NCBI GenBank assembly: GCA_951406725.2
Contig: OX597827.1
Coordinates: 36,828,001-36,892,000 of the forward strand
Direction: 5' to 3'
Origin: Octopus vulgaris
Lineage: Eukaryota
DNA: 64,000 nt
The notes beneath the pieces are model-generated. The model worked only from the letters and a program-made list of their open reading frames with translations. It did no database searches and had not been told where the DNA came from. Below are positions 41,415 through 55,890 of the stretch, piece by piece (position 1 is the first letter of the stretch; each line of letters opens with the position of its first letter). The position numbers were made by a program, and so were the translations under genes.

Positions 41415-41560
41415 ATGGGCTTCTTTCAGTTCCCATGTACCAAATCCACTCAAGAGCTCTGGTCAGCCAGGACTACAGTTGAAAACACTTGCCTAAGTGC
41501 CATGCAATGGAATCATGTAGCTTGGAAGCGAATGTCTTACCTCACAACCTCACCTGTGCC
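41040..41560 (-). mobile_element. tRNA-headed SINE family B, diverged, with expanded (CA)n
   Basis: ggcttctttcagtttc..caaatccactca..acacttgcc motif shared with the other copies. Confidence 0.6.
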
Positions 41561-42178
41561 TATAGTAAAGAATGACTTGACAGTTGCTGAAACCTAGCCA
41601 AAAGAGACACTTGAATGTTTCTCACCAAATTTCAACACGAGTAACAACAATGCTTGTATGACAATAACTCCATCAATTTCTCAATTAAATTGTAAAAATA
41701 TAATGGATAAAGCAATCCTGTACCTGAAACAGTGGTGGAATAGTTACAGCTGTAATATTTTGATCATAACTTTACTCCTTCAGAGATAAACTGGGACTAT
41801 AAAACAACAACAACAACAAGATGATTATTGAAAATGTGAAGACACCAGAAGTAAATAATTTTACAGAAAAATTAAGAAATGTATAACAAAGTTCAATTGT
41901 TATTTTCGATTTTGGCACAGATTTCGTATGAAGACCACCTCACCGACTCCACTCCTGACTTGAGACATAAATAAAGTGCTGAAAATCACTGCAATTAATT
42001 CACTTCTCATGGCAAAGCCATCACTCAATCACTGTCATCACAATTACTGTGTCTTTCACAGCTACATTATTGATATACTATCACAAGAATTTTGGACAAT
42101 AGAGGGTCTGATAAAGAAAGACATAACTGTTAAGAAAGTGGTGAACTATAGAAACCTGTGGCCAGATACACACACACA

Positions 42179-42249
<71 letters not shown>

Positions 42250-42301
42250 ACACACACACATACACACACACATGTCTTGACATTGCATGATGGTTGTAAA
42301 C

Positions 42302-45300
42302 TGTTGTGGAAGGATTCTGATCATTCCTCAAGTGACTAAAAGGTGAACTGACTCATTGTAATAAAACAGAACTGTGAGTGATTGGCGATTCGTGTTGGTA
42401 GCAGTTCACTGTGAACCTTTGATATAGAGTGTTGAGTCTCATGTAATAGTAATAGTAGTGCATCGTGTGTATACTTTCTACCCCCTGCTTCATTATATTA
42501 TATGTCCAATACAAGGATATAAAAGAAGCGATGAGTTGTTCAAAGCTTGTGTTGAGTGTTTAAAATTTTTTGGGGTATGAAACGAAAGAAAAATTTGTTT
42601 AACGTGGAGAACTTATTGGCTTCCATGGTGCAGTTGCAACAGCAACTACAACAACAGCAGTTGCAACAACAACAACAAAACCAACAATTGCTAGAATTAA
42701 TGTTGAAGAAGTCTGAAAATACTTCAGGTGCATACTCGCTAGATGGTGTTGCAAACTCAATTGAAGAATTCAGCTATGAACCAGAAGGGATTACCTTCTC
42801 TGCATATTTTCGTAGATAAGAAGAAATTTTCCAAGAAGAGTGTAAAAGTTAGTCTAGCAAGAAAAAAATTCAATTACTTTTAAGAAAGTTATACCTTGCC
42901 GAACACACACACACACACACACACACAAAAAAAAGACAGTAATTATATTCTGCTGTAGAAGCCAGGTGAGATTTATTTTGATGAAACAATATTTTATCAA
43001 AAATGTTTGGTGGAAGAAATTCCCTGTTCAATGCATTCCGGCAATGTTTAAATTTGGTCAAAAAAGACAAAGATTTTGTCATCTATGCTAGAGTAGTTAA
43101 CAGAGAGTGTGAAAAATTCAGACTGAATGAGTTGACAACGGATATGTTCAAGTCTTTAAGTTTTGTTCAATGGCTTACTACAAAGATGCAGATTTACATT
43201 TCTGGATATTAACAAAATTAGAACGAGATAAAAATTTAAGTTATAATTGGATACAGGCAGCGACATCTCAGTAATTAACTGCGATACATGGAAAAAGATT
43301 GGAATACTTAAATTAAATGAAACCTCGAAAATTGCCTGTGGTGTTTCAGAAACAAAATTATATCATAAGGATGAATTGATAAGTAAGATTACAATTCCTG
43401 AAAAAAACGTTAAACATTTTTGTGTTAAATAGTACAACAAACTTGTTCAGTACTAACTGCATGGAACAGTTTAATTTAAGGGACCTTCCTATAAATCTTT
43501 TCTGTAAAAATGTAAATTGTTTTCCCTCCAGTACAAATAAGTGATCAGACGAATCGAAAAAAATGTTTTAATATTTCTCCTAAAGTTCTGTCTGATAAAT
43601 TAGGTCTGTGTACTAAAATGAAGGCATGGTTTCAAATACAACAAAATGCCATACTGACATTTAAACAAAAACGAACATTAGAACAGATAAACTTAAAGAG
43701 AGATTAGAAAAAATTGGAGTTATCCAAAAAGTGAAATATTCTGAAAGGGCAGCAACAACTGTATACATTAAGAAAAAGAATAATAAAATCAGAGGAGTGT
43801 GCACTGATTTTTACACTGGTTTAAATGAATGTCTTAAAATGTGCCACTATCTGCTACCTGTTCCAGAAGATATTTTTGTGAAATTAAATGGTGGCAAGTA
43901 TTTTCTAAATTGGATCTCTCTGATGCATACCTACAAACTAGAGTAAACGATGAATGCTCTAAATACCTAACAATTAACACACATAAAGGACTGTATAAAT
44001 ACAACAGGTTACAATTTGGCTTAAAAGTCACACCAATGATTTTTCAACGGAATATGGATGCAATGTTGGCAGACTGTGAACTTGCAATTCCATATCTGGA
44101 TCATGTACTCATTAACAGTGAATCCAGGGATCAGCAGGTAGAGCTCGTAAAATATGTGTTTGAAAAAATTAGACATTACGGCTTTACTTTGAGTGAAGAA
44201 AAGTGTGTATTTTTCTTACCAGAAATAAAATATTTAGGACATATCCTGTTAAGAGCAGTTGTAATTAAAACTATGTCCCCTCTGACTAATATAGCGACCT
44301 TAAAAGCATTTTTACGATTGGTAAATTACCAAAATTATATTCCAAATATTTATAAGGTGAAGTTTCCACTAAATAATCTGCTGAAAAAAAGATATGAAAT
44401 GGAATTGGTCAGAAAATTGTCATTAGGCATTTGAGGGAATAAAAAAAAATACTAACATACGATTTATTGTTAGCATATTTCAATATTGCAGTGGAGATTG
44501 TTGTAGCTTCAGATGCTTCTCAGTACAGTATAGGAGCAGTAATGCTATATAAATATAAAGAGGGTAACATGAAGTTAGTGTTCATGCCTCATATTCTTTG
44601 ATATCAGCAGAGGAAAATTATAGTCAAATCGAAAAAGAAGCTCTAGTGATCATTTTTACCATGAAAATCTTTCACAGATTTTTGCATGGTAGAAGTTTTC
44701 ATCTACAGACTAATCACTGCCCGTTCATCTGGATTGTCTTTCAAGACTGATTTCAAAAAGTGAGGAACTATTTGAAGATACTGTGACTGCTGCTTTGTGA
44801 GCGGAAAATGAAATTATAAATGTTTGGTGTAACATTATTCATAAACTGCCAGTGACTTTACAAGGCATAAAATTAAAATCAGAAAATGATAAATGCATTA
44901 TAAAAATGAAGGAAATACTGAAGGCTAAAAGTGCTAAAAATATGCACAACACAAATGTGACCCATTTCTCACTGTGTGACAATGTACTGATGTATGCACA
45001 GAAAGTCATAGTGCCAGCCACATTGCAAAGGCAATTATTAAAGGAATTTCATATGGGTCACCAAGGGATTTCAAGAATGAAATCATTAATGAGAAGGTAA
45101 GTATATTGGCTAACAGTGGACTGTAGCATTGAAGAATCAGTGAAATCATTCAGAGAGTGTGCCTTAGCTACAAAATCTTCTACCACTAAATGGCAACCAT
45201 GGCCAAAGACAGATGTTCCATGGGCCAGACTGCATATCGATCATACAGGTCCACTTAAGGGTTCACATTACCTTGTGGTGGCGGATAGCTTTTCAAAGTG

Positions 45301-46305
45301 GCAGGAAGTGCAGAAATATAAGAAGCTGACATCTGTAGTTACAGTAAGTTTTTTTACACAAATTGTTAACCAGGTATGGTATTCCAGATACCATTTTGTC
45401 AGATAATGGAGCTCAATTTATGTCAGTCGAATTCAGAAAATTTTGCAAAATGTTCATTATTGGACATGTTATCACTCTGCCCTATCATTCTAGGTCAAAT
45501 GGACAAGCAGAGCATTTTGTTGACGCTTTCAAGAGGGTGTTGAAAATGGCAAACAGTGAAGTAATGGATAAATTGCACTGCAACAATTTCTAAGAGTGTA
45601 CTGAGTAACACTTAATCCAAAAACACTGTTGGGAATGTCACCCACAGAATTGATGCTTGCTAGAAAGATCAGATCCATCTTTTATAAGCTGATACCTAGT
45701 GAAAATAAAAAGAAGGCGAGCATCAAAAATACTTCAAAATTCTTCAAGTTGGGTAACAAAGTTTTTTTGAAACCTATTGATATGGTAAAAAATAGCTGGG
45801 AGGATGGTGTAATCATTAAACAAATAGGAAGAATGATATTCCTGGAAAAAGGAAAAAAAACGTTGAATACAAAAGCCAGCTTAAAAAGAGATTCATGGAA
45901 AAAACAGTCATGAGAAATGAAATCCCTATGGAAGTATTGTACGACATGTTTGAGGTACTAACACCCAAACAATCTGAAGCTACAACATTCTAGCACCAGA
46001 AAATGGAAAAGAATAGAGACGCAGGAATTGAACCCTAAACGCAAGAGATATTAAGACTCTGAATGGGGTTCCAATCCCAAAAGGTGAGAACATAGGGTTA
46101 GGAGATTTGTTGCGGAAGGATTCTGGCCACCTCTCAAGTGACTAAAAGGTGTACTGACTCTTTGTTATAAAACAAAAAATTGTGAGTGATTGGCAGTTCA
46201 TGTTTATAGCAGTTCACTCTGAGCCTTTGATACACAGCGTTGAGTCTTGTGTAATAGTAGTGCATCATGTATATACTTTCTTTATTATATTATATATCCA
46301 CTACA
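42302..46305 (+). mobile_element. Ty3/Gypsy LTR retrotransposon relic with both LTRs
   Basis: LTRs 42302-42513 and 46108-46305 (TGTTG...ACA, diverged). Gag (FSYEPEGITFSAYFRR), protease (DTGSDISVI), RT (FSKLDLSDAYLQ, GLYKYNRLQFG, PYLDH), RNase H (DAS, YSQIEKEAL), integrase (H.GHQG, WARLHID, SDNGAQF, YHSRSNGQAE). Many stops and frameshifts. Confidence 0.92.
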
Positions 46306-46540
46306 ACTATATAAAATAAACAAGTATCCTCATCCTATCAGCAATGTTGTTAGTTTACAGTCTTCCAAGAAAAGTATGTTTGGCTACGGGGGAAATATTA
46401 TCTTTACTAGAATCAAATGAGGGTTGGCAACAGGAGGGCAAGCAGCTGTAGAAAATCTGCATTAACAAATTCTAAAATCCAGGCAAGTATTAAAATCATG
46501 TGTGTGTGTGTTTATGCATGTGTGTGTGCATGCACATGTA

Positions 46541-46592
<52 letters not shown>

Positions 46593-46619
46593 CACATATG
46601 ATATATATATTTATATATA

Positions 46620-48830
46620 TGAGAGGTTTTGGTATCCAGAAGATCCATTTATACTTCCTATATTCCTCCCTTTCTAAAATAAATTCTTATATTGAACTCT
46701 ACTATTTCCCTATATTTAACTCTCTCATATTGTCTTTGATGAAGGGATATTTTCCTCATACCCCTGAAACAGCTGTAAGACAACCTTTCTCGTTATAAAC
46801 ATCCTAGAAATTTTACACTGCCTTGGCTTTGTTGTCTCATTTTATTTAACATCTCGCTAAATTCAAGGAAGACTTATACAACATTGTGAAAAACATTGAA
46901 TTTAGAAAAAAAATATATGCAAACACCCACACCAATGTAAACTTAGGAAAATACTTGATGTGTTTGAAAAGGCCCAGGGAATAATTGTACCAGCTGACAA
47001 AACTGGTAATGTTTATATTGTTGACTTTAATCCCTATAACAATCTCATACGTCACGAACTATGCGGTAAATACAGACATGCACAAACAGACACATAATAA
47101 ATAGAAAGGGATTAGAAATAGTAAATAACTTAAATATACACGATAGAACTGAATCTTGTATGCCATGGAAACCTCAAATACAAATAAAAATCACAAGCCA
47201 AACTTCCACATTGCCCCCTCTGTTAGATTAATCTGTCCCTCTAAATCTGACACCGGGAGGAATAGTCAGACAATATTAGATAGGATTATACCCCAACTTT
47301 GATTTAGAAATACCCTAGGACTATGGTTCAACACCCAACAAGTAATTGGGTGGTTTAACCACTTAATAACAAGCAAAGAAAGCAAATTCATTCAACTATA
47401 CATCGAGGGATATTATGCCAGCATTAACCCTATCCTCTTAAATAAGGCTTTAATCTTTGCTAGAAATATTTCAGATCCTTTCAGATACGAAATTGACATA
47501 GCTATGGGACCATTTGATTCTGCAGAAGTAACTGACCTTGTAGGAATTTACATCCTATCCCAGATACAATTATATATTCCTGGATTGAATGGAGGCCTAT
47601 ACAGAGATGACACATTATACTTCCTACAGAGATGTAGCGAAGTACAGAACAAAAAATCTCTATTTAAGTTTTTTAAAAATAATGAACCAACGAATACTGT
47701 AGACTCAACTTTTTAGATGCTACTTTTGACTTGGATACTGGTCTACATGAATCATTCCATAAACCTAATGAGTACCTAAAATACATCAACGTTGGATCTA
47801 ATCATCCACCATCAGTAATTAGGGGACTCGTTAACAACACCTCTGCTTGAATATCCAGGTTATCTGCAAATGAAAACACAACAATAACTACATAAATAAT
47901 ATCAAAAACCTAGATAATAGAATCCAAAACCATAAGATAAGACTAATCAAACCCTGACACATTCGAATCAACCACGAGTTAAAGAAAACTTGTAACAGAC
48001 AACAAATTAAACAACTACTGCTACAAAATACAATTGATGCTCCAAGCACCCAGACAGACAGACCTAACTGAAAATATAAAAACCATGATGTCCTTTGGTA
48101 TAACCCAATCTGGAACTCCAACATCTCATCTAAGATCACGAAACAATTTTTCACCGCACTTGTTTGCTGCTTCCCTAAAAATGGAGTGTACAACAAAATA
48201 TTCAACTCTCACACTATGAAACTGTCCTATGCAAATTCATCAAACTTAGAGCACCATATTCGTAAGATTAACAATCGTAAACTGAGGTGAAGACTAGTCA
48301 ACACTCAAAATAACCTTCTTGACATCAACCATAACTCATATGAACAGCCTAAAGACAACGTTTATAACTCGAATTATACTACCAGCTAACAGAGCAATAA
48401 TTACAATATCCATGATAACCATCCAAAAGACAACACCAGCAATAATTAAAATAATAAACTGAGAACACCTAGTGATTATAAAATGATAATATTGACAACT
48501 AAAATACAGAACAGAACCAATCTCTCCAGTGCTCGATGTACACAAGCCAACAAAATCAAACAGTTATGCTCATGCAAAGATAGATCCAGTTGCCCTTTGG
48601 ATAACCAATGTATGACTTAGAACCTGGTATACAAGTGCACTATAAAGACTAGAGGAGGCCCCTATGTATATATCGGGGCATGTGTCGTACCCAATAAAAT
48701 ATTTTACTCACTCCATCTATTTTATTAATACTGTTACCCCAACCGCCACTACGAAGTTCCTGCAATAAATTTAAGGATAACAACAGATAATCGAAACTGT
48801 GCCGGTAGTTTACTCATCATCTGTTTATAC
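46620..48830 (+). mobile_element. Penelope-like element, decayed body with upstream pLTR
   Basis: ADKTGN, MGPFDSAEVTDLVGIYIL..GLYRDD, HKPN...YIN..SNHPP, KIFNSHTMKLSY, CSCKDRSSCPLDNQC..NLVYKC..YVYIG: PLE RT and GIY-YIG. Confidence 0.85.
46730..46783 (+). ncRNA. Minimal type I hammerhead in PLE pLTR
   Basis: ttgtct tTGATGA aggg...ccct GAAAC agct GTA agacaa. Perfect 6-bp stem I, palindromic ACAGCTGT, C3U core variant. Confidence 0.8.
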
Positions 48831-48921
48831 ATATATATATACATATATGTGTGTGTGTGTGTGTGTGTTCATACATTTATATATGTTCATATTCATATAG
48901 GGATGTCCATGATGCTCCATG

Positions 48922-48986
<65 letters not shown>

Positions 48987-49759
48987 TGGGATTAAATGTG
49001 GAAAATCTGTTGAGGCTGGAGAGAAAGGAAGCCAGTATAATCCGAAAGATATATAATATAAAGTGGTATCAAATGCTAGAGCAGAAATGAGTTGCTGAGA
49101 GAGTGAGTCGATATTAAAGACATGAGATGAGGATTATTGGAGAGATTACTACAACAGTAGAACAAACCTGAATTAACTGATTTTAAGACATATCAGGACA
49201 GAAGATAAAAATCGATAAAATGGTCATATAAAAGAGAAAACAAAAATACAAAAGAAACTACGAAGAAGGAAAGAAAGAAAACAAAAGAATATAAGATTTT
49301 AAGTACACATAATGAGTAGCTTTCTTAGATATTTGTTCAGGATATACAGAGAGAACAAGGGTTAAAGCTCTTTTAAACTTACAGGGTTTTGGGTGTTAGT
49401 GATTTAACAAAACTTAGTTTTGATAGTTTCTTTCTGTTCTTCCCTGTAATTATTTGAATAAAATATCTAAGTCACTATAGTCTCTTAACTACTTTTTAAA
49501 TTACTTCTCCATGACATGATATTGCTATGGTAGCTAGTTAAAAATAAATATATATTTTTTTTCATTTTTCATTGGTTTTTAGTTTTGAGTTCTACTTTCA
49601 GTTAATCATATCAACCTTTGTACTTCTTTCTGCCTTGTACTATTTCTTGATTGCTTAATTTACGCTTTTTCAGATAACCACCAAGTTTATAATGGTAAAC
49701 AAAAGCACACACTAAGATATAACTACATACGCACATATGCACACAAATATGTGTATATG

Positions 49760-50117
49760 TGCATGCCGGTAGCACGTAAAAGCACCATCCGTTCGTGTCC
49801 ATTGCCAGCCTCGCCTGGCCCTCGTGCCGTTGGCATGTAAAAGCACCATCCGCTTGTGTCCGTTGCCAGCCTCGCCTGGCCCCCGTGCCGGTGGCACGTA
49901 AAAACACCATCCGTTTGTGGCCGTTTGCCAGCTCTGTTTGGCACCTGTGCAGGTGGCACGTAAAAAGCACCCACTACACTCACGGAGTGGTTGGCGTTAG
50001 GAAGGGCATCCAGCCGTAGAAACACTGCCAAATCTGACTGGGCCTGATGAAGCCTTCCGGCTTCACAGACCCCAGTTAAACCGTCCAACTCATGCTAGCA
50101 TGGAAAACGGACGCTAA

Positions 50118-50150
<33 letters not shown>
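49760..50150 (+). repeat. RTE-3'UTR/SINE-type element with ~4 internal units
   Basis: Same units and tail as 11210-11850. Confidence 0.75.
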
Positions 50151-50191
<41 letters not shown>

Positions 50192-50429
50192 CCGAATTTC
50201 TATATATATATATATATATATATTATAAGGCAGTGCCCCAGCATGGTTGCAGTCTAATGACTGAAACAAGTAAAAGATAATAAATAAACAAAATAATGTG
50301 CATATCAGTGAAGATGTAGTGGTGTGGTAAGAAGTTTGCTTCTCAACCACATGACTCTGGGTTCAGCCCCACTGTGTGGTACCTTAGGCAAGTGTCTTCT
50401 ACTATAGCCCTAAGCTGACCAAAATCCAT

Positions 50430-50842
50430 ATCTCTTTACTCTTTTACTCTTTTTACTTGTTTCAGTCATTTGACTGCGGCCATGCTGGAACACCGCCTGT
50501 AGTCGGGCAAATTGACCCCGGGAATTATTCTTTGTAAGCCCAGTACTTATTCTATCGGTCTCTTTTGCTGAACCGCTAAGTGATGGGGATGTAAACACAC
50601 CAGCATCGGTTGTCAAGCAATGCTAGGGGGACAAACACAGACACACAAACATACACACACACATATATATATATACATATATACGACAGGCTTCTTTCAG
50701 TTTCCCATCTACCAAATCCACTCACAAGGCATTGGTCGGCCCGAGGCTATAGCAGAAGACACTTGCCCAAGATGCAAAGCAGTGGGACTGAACCCGGAAC
50801 CATGTGGTTGGTAAGCAAGCTACTTACCACACAGCCAGTCCT
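50430..50842 (-). mobile_element. tRNA-headed SINE family B, full length
   Basis: Reverse-complement homologue of 31287-31690; flanked by further SINE fragments. Confidence 0.8.
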
Positions 50843-51827
50843 GCACCTATATGACTGAATTTGGTTGATGGAAACTGAAAGAAGCCTATCATAAGTGTGT
50901 GTGTGTGTGATAGCCTTCTGTAAAGTTTCCATCTTCCAAAAGCATTCATTGGACGTTATGAGGAAGACATTTGCCCAAAATGCCCCACAGTGGGATTGAA
51001 TTCTTAAACACCTAGGTGGGAAACAAACTTCTTAACTACACACCCATATCTGTGCCAAATATATCATCATCATAAGCAGCAGTATTTCACATCTGTGTTC
51101 CATGCTGACCTGCACTGGATGGTTTGAAAGGATCCAATGTCTCCAGTGTGTAATTTGGCATGGTTCCTATGGTTGCATACCCTTCCTAACACCAACCACT
51201 TTACAACATGTACTGGATGCTTTTTTGTGCCACCCACTAACGAGGTCGCCATGCAGTTCATGAAACTACAAATTCTGAGGAGTGGACTGAGTGAGAATGA
51301 TTGAGTGGGGCTGGAAAGAGATAGATTTGGTAATGAGGCATCCCGATGGCATCACAAGATATGAGGTGAGATAGAAGTGAATGGAGACAGAGGAATTAGC
51401 AGTATGCTGATTAGGGGCAGGTTGCAAGAGAGTATGGGGGAGCAAGAGATGAGGGAATTGGTGAGAGGAAGGGAGCTAAGTAAAGATTAGGTCAGGTTGA
51501 AAAGTGGATGTAGGGAATGGTTGATAAGAATCAGAGGATGGTAAATAATGCAGGAATTGGGGAAGGTAGAGTGATAGGGGATGATCAATGCTGCTTGGGT
51601 TGAGAAAGATATAGGGATGCAGAAAAGAGCAAGGTGGGATCATCAGGACAGTAGTAAAGATACAGCTGACAAGGATAGGATAAAGATAAAGATGACAGGT
51701 GGTTGGGTAGTCTGCAGGGTGGGAGATACAGATATAGATAGATAGATAGTTAGATAGACAAACAGACAGACAGACAGACAGATAGATAAATAGATAGATA
51801 GATAGATAGGTAGAGAGATAGAGATAG

Positions 51828-51878
<51 letters not shown>

Positions 51879-52155
51879 AACAGAGAGAGAAAGAAGTGGT
51901 ATCAGTGTAATGTACAGGTTGAAAGAGCAGTATTAATAAATGAAGAATAGATTAGATAAAAGGTTCCAAATAGCAAGAAAAATAAAACAGTATCAAGAGG
52001 AAGCTGCAGTGGTTGGAGAAGTGTGATTTGAGGAGGAGGTTGGGCAAAGACCTAAGTTAGATGTTTGTGTTAATTTTGTCATTTCTCCCAAATCATCTAT
52101 CAGCTTCACACATTCAAAGATGTGCAAAATAAGAGATTCCTGTATTTATGTATGT

Positions 52156-52281
<126 letters not shown>

Positions 52282-52989
52282 AATGTAAGATGTAAGTACT
52301 TCCATTTCCTCTGACTTTAAACAATAAATTATACAACAAGTTTCCACTATCACATCCTAACTCAATTTCTGGGTGTATATGTGTGTCTATCTGTTTGTGT
52401 TTATAAAGTAGGTGTGTGTGTTTATATCAGTTTTCCTTCTCTATATTAAAGACTTAATTGCTGTTGTCTCTAAAATTTCTCATACAGACAATATCACCCT
52501 TCACATACCCACTTCTCATACACAAGTACCCTTCTTTTCTGATCTAGACGTCTCACACCAGACAAATATTATTTCTATGAACAAAGTCTTGGAGAACTAT
52601 CTTCAGTCTAGTCTCTTTCAACCATAACCAGACACTATATATAGATGAAAGACAGTCATCAGTGTTCTAGATGTCTCATACTAGACATGCACTTCTTCTT
52701 TGAACAGAGGCTTGAAGAAATATCTTTGATCTAGTTTCTTTCAATATAACACCAAGACACAATCAGTGCATACTCATCAAGGGTGCTGTCTTCCATTTCA
52801 TCTTCTCTACACATAACCATACAAATGAATGCTTTCAATGTTATAATGAATGCTATACCACCCAATATCTTGATAGTTTTTCATGTTGACTCAACGCATA
52901 AATGGACACACATATATATACATTCACACACTTATTCTTCACCTCTGCTTTTGTCAGAGTTGACCATGCACTTGTACATATATGTACAT

Positions 52990-53162
52990 GTATGAGAAAG
53001 ATATTTTTGTAGATGACTGGTAGCTGCCCAAGTTTCCCTCCATTTGTCTAAGGTGAAAGGCCCAAAGTTAAGGCCTGAACAGCTTGACACCAGTCTCATA
53101 GCAGACATTGCTGTCAGAACTAAAAAAAAACATAATCTAAGAGTTCTACAATCCAGAGCCAT
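52990..53162 (-). CDS. Candidate first coding exon of a secreted protein (3' boundary uncertain)
   Basis: Acceptor ctttttcaag at 53184, ATG at 53162, signal-peptide-like MALDCRTLRLCFFLVLTAMSAMRLVSS. Non-repetitive; no convincing donor site and no recognised homology. Confidence 0.25.
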
Positions 53163-54129
53163 AGACTGGTAGTCTCGTATCAACTTGAAAAAGATGTAAA
53201 GCAATGTTGACCTAGCCAGGATTTGAACTCAGGATGCAAAGAGATGAAGCAAAATATTGCAAATGTTTCTGTACAACACTTAATGACTCTGCCAAATTGC
53301 TAATTTAGTGTGTGTGCACACTCACACTCACACACAATTTTATTAGCTGATGTTACTTTAGGAACGATCCAGGAATCTAGAGTTTCAAGAATCAAGATAG
53401 TAACAAAATCAGGGCCTGTTATATAATAATTACGGAAACATTTTAAAAGGTAACATTTTAGGACCTTGAGTCACTCCTGTGGCAATATTAGTTAATAATG
53501 TATAAGTTCTGCTTTATATATTGAGTTCTATTTGTTCCATCTGAAAATCAAATGTGTGTGTGCATTCTTATATTTATATTGTTGAGCAATATATTACTGG
53601 CATATAACTGGTCAGAATGTTATTGCACTTGACAATATTTATAACTCTTCAAATATGAATATTTATAACTCTTCAAATATGATGGAGGTGTATAAGTATA
53701 GCCCTGGTAGGCTCAGTGATATTAAAAAGTACTAGAATGAGAATGTGATGAAAAGTTATGCCATTTTGGTGGAAAGAAAGAAAAATTGCCTTCTATAGAA
53801 TAATATCACTATAGATGAAAGGTGTTAGTTGTGCATGTGTACATGTGTGTCATTCTCTGGTTGAAAATGGGAATAACCACATTGCCAAAATGAATTTCTT
53901 TTCACGAGGGCAGCAATGAATTATTTCACTTTCTGAGTTCAAGAAAGTACCCATATTTGAATAAATTTTTTAGAATGATTTTATTTTTGGTCAAGCAAAG
54001 TTTGCAATATCTACTTACATTCAGATATGGTCCAGCTTGATCCAGCACTTTTCAGTTGATTTTGTATAGCATTGCTTCCTCTTTTTATCACTATGTATAG
54101 CTGGTAAATTTTGTAACATTATTCCTCTC

Positions 54130-55310
54130 CAGGTTGCTTTTGAATGTCATATATTCCTTCAGCTACATCTTTTGACCACCAAATGTCGAAGTTCATCCTT
54201 TGACCAAGTTTATATACATGAGGCAGATAACATCATAAGGCTTGGAAAGCAGCTCCTTGAGCAGCATTCCTTGTCTGATAATCTTGAATACATGCCCAAA
54301 GAAGTTGCACGGCTCTACTACAACATATCATCAAATGAAAGGATGAGAATATATCAGCAGAAGACTATTCATGGATATATTAGCAGAAAGCTCCAGGATG
54401 ATACTAACATTGATAATCAGAGCAGTTTATCATGGACCAACAAGTGGATTACTAACTCCCTCTTTGAAGGTATATGTTTGCAATCTAGGAACAGGAAATA
54501 TCAACCAAATACTTGATGCACAAAAGAGACAGAAATGCAGAAAAAACACCAAAGTGTGGTAACCAATGCAGACTTTGTGGAGTTAACACTGAAGATATCA
54601 GCCATATCACAAGCAGTTGTTCAAAAATATCATTGCAGTATTATCTGCCAATGAGACATGATACTGTAGTCAAGACACTGTATAATGAGCTCTGTTGGAA
54701 GGATAACTCTGAGGCCAAAGAAATAAGAAACCTCAGTGTGGTGGAGGCCACAGCCACTCATAATAAAAATGAGTACTGGTGGAATGTCCCAGTGAAAACC
54801 TCAGTTAAATGTAAGCATAATAGATCTATCATAGTGATTTGGATCAGAGAAGAGAAACTGTGTACAATAGTAGAAATCAGCTGCCCAGCAGATATTAACA
54901 TAAATCTAAAGATCAGTAAAAAAGGAAACACCTATGTTGAACTGTTGAGAAATCTACAGTTACTCGATCCGCATTAAAAATTCAGGTTTATACCTGTAAT
55001 TATTGGAACATTGGAACACTTTCTAAGTACCAGACTTCAGAAATTAGGCTTCTCAAAACCAGAAAGGAGAAAGCTTATTTGAAGACTACAGATCCAAACC
55101 ATCAGTGGATCTGCAAAGAATACAAACATACAAACCTGCAAACAAACATACAAACCTACACATGCTCTGACTCCAAGCACTGCACATATACACACACATA
55201 CACGCAAAAATACCTGTTGGTGTTGAAATTCCAATGAAGTAGGCTTGGATCTAGGTTAGAAACTGGCTCTTTCTCTATTGGCAAGAAATCTTGAAATAAA
55301 ACTGAATAAT
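54130..55310 (+). mobile_element. REL-endonuclease non-LTR retrotransposon 3' fragment
   Basis: HGYI, QEQEI, CRLCG...EDISHITSSC, RHD, WWNVPV, VEISCPAD; same family as 1-490. Confidence 0.8.
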
Positions 55311-55325
55311 GACATACATACATAC

Positions 55326-55358
<33 letters not shown>

Positions 55359-55410
55359 TGTATGTATGTATGTATGTATGTATGTATGTCATGAATGTAT
55401 GTATGTATAA

Positions 55411-55449
<39 letters not shown>

Positions 55450-55527
55450 TATATGTGTGTATGTGTCTATAATGCCTATATTCATACACACATATATATG
55501 TACACACACACAGACATACACACACAC

Positions 55528-55566
<39 letters not shown>

Positions 55567-55638
55567 TACAGTTCAAAAACTAAGGTTACTTTTAAGTGCT
55601 AGAAAATATTTGAACCTTAATCAGTTGATACTCTATAT

Positions 55639-55890
55639 CAGTAGTTCTCAGCCATTTTTTGCTTATGGTCCCATTTGATTCCTATCTTACTCTGCTGGAT
55701 CCCAATAAATATTATGTCTCTATAAAAGTCCCATTATATTTTTATAATTAAATATTAGGAATTGTATTAAAAAAATGCTGAATTATTTTTTGTTTTGTAG
55801 AAGTATAAACAATTTATTGCACACAAATTTTAACAACAATATCTTATGTAGACTCCCAAGGGCCATCTGGACTCCAGTTGAGAACTACTG
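55639..55890. mobile_element. hAT (Charlie-like) MITE with 8-bp TSD
   Basis: TIR cagtagttctca / tgagaactactg; TSD CTCTATAT at 55631-55638 and 55891-55898. Confidence 0.9.
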
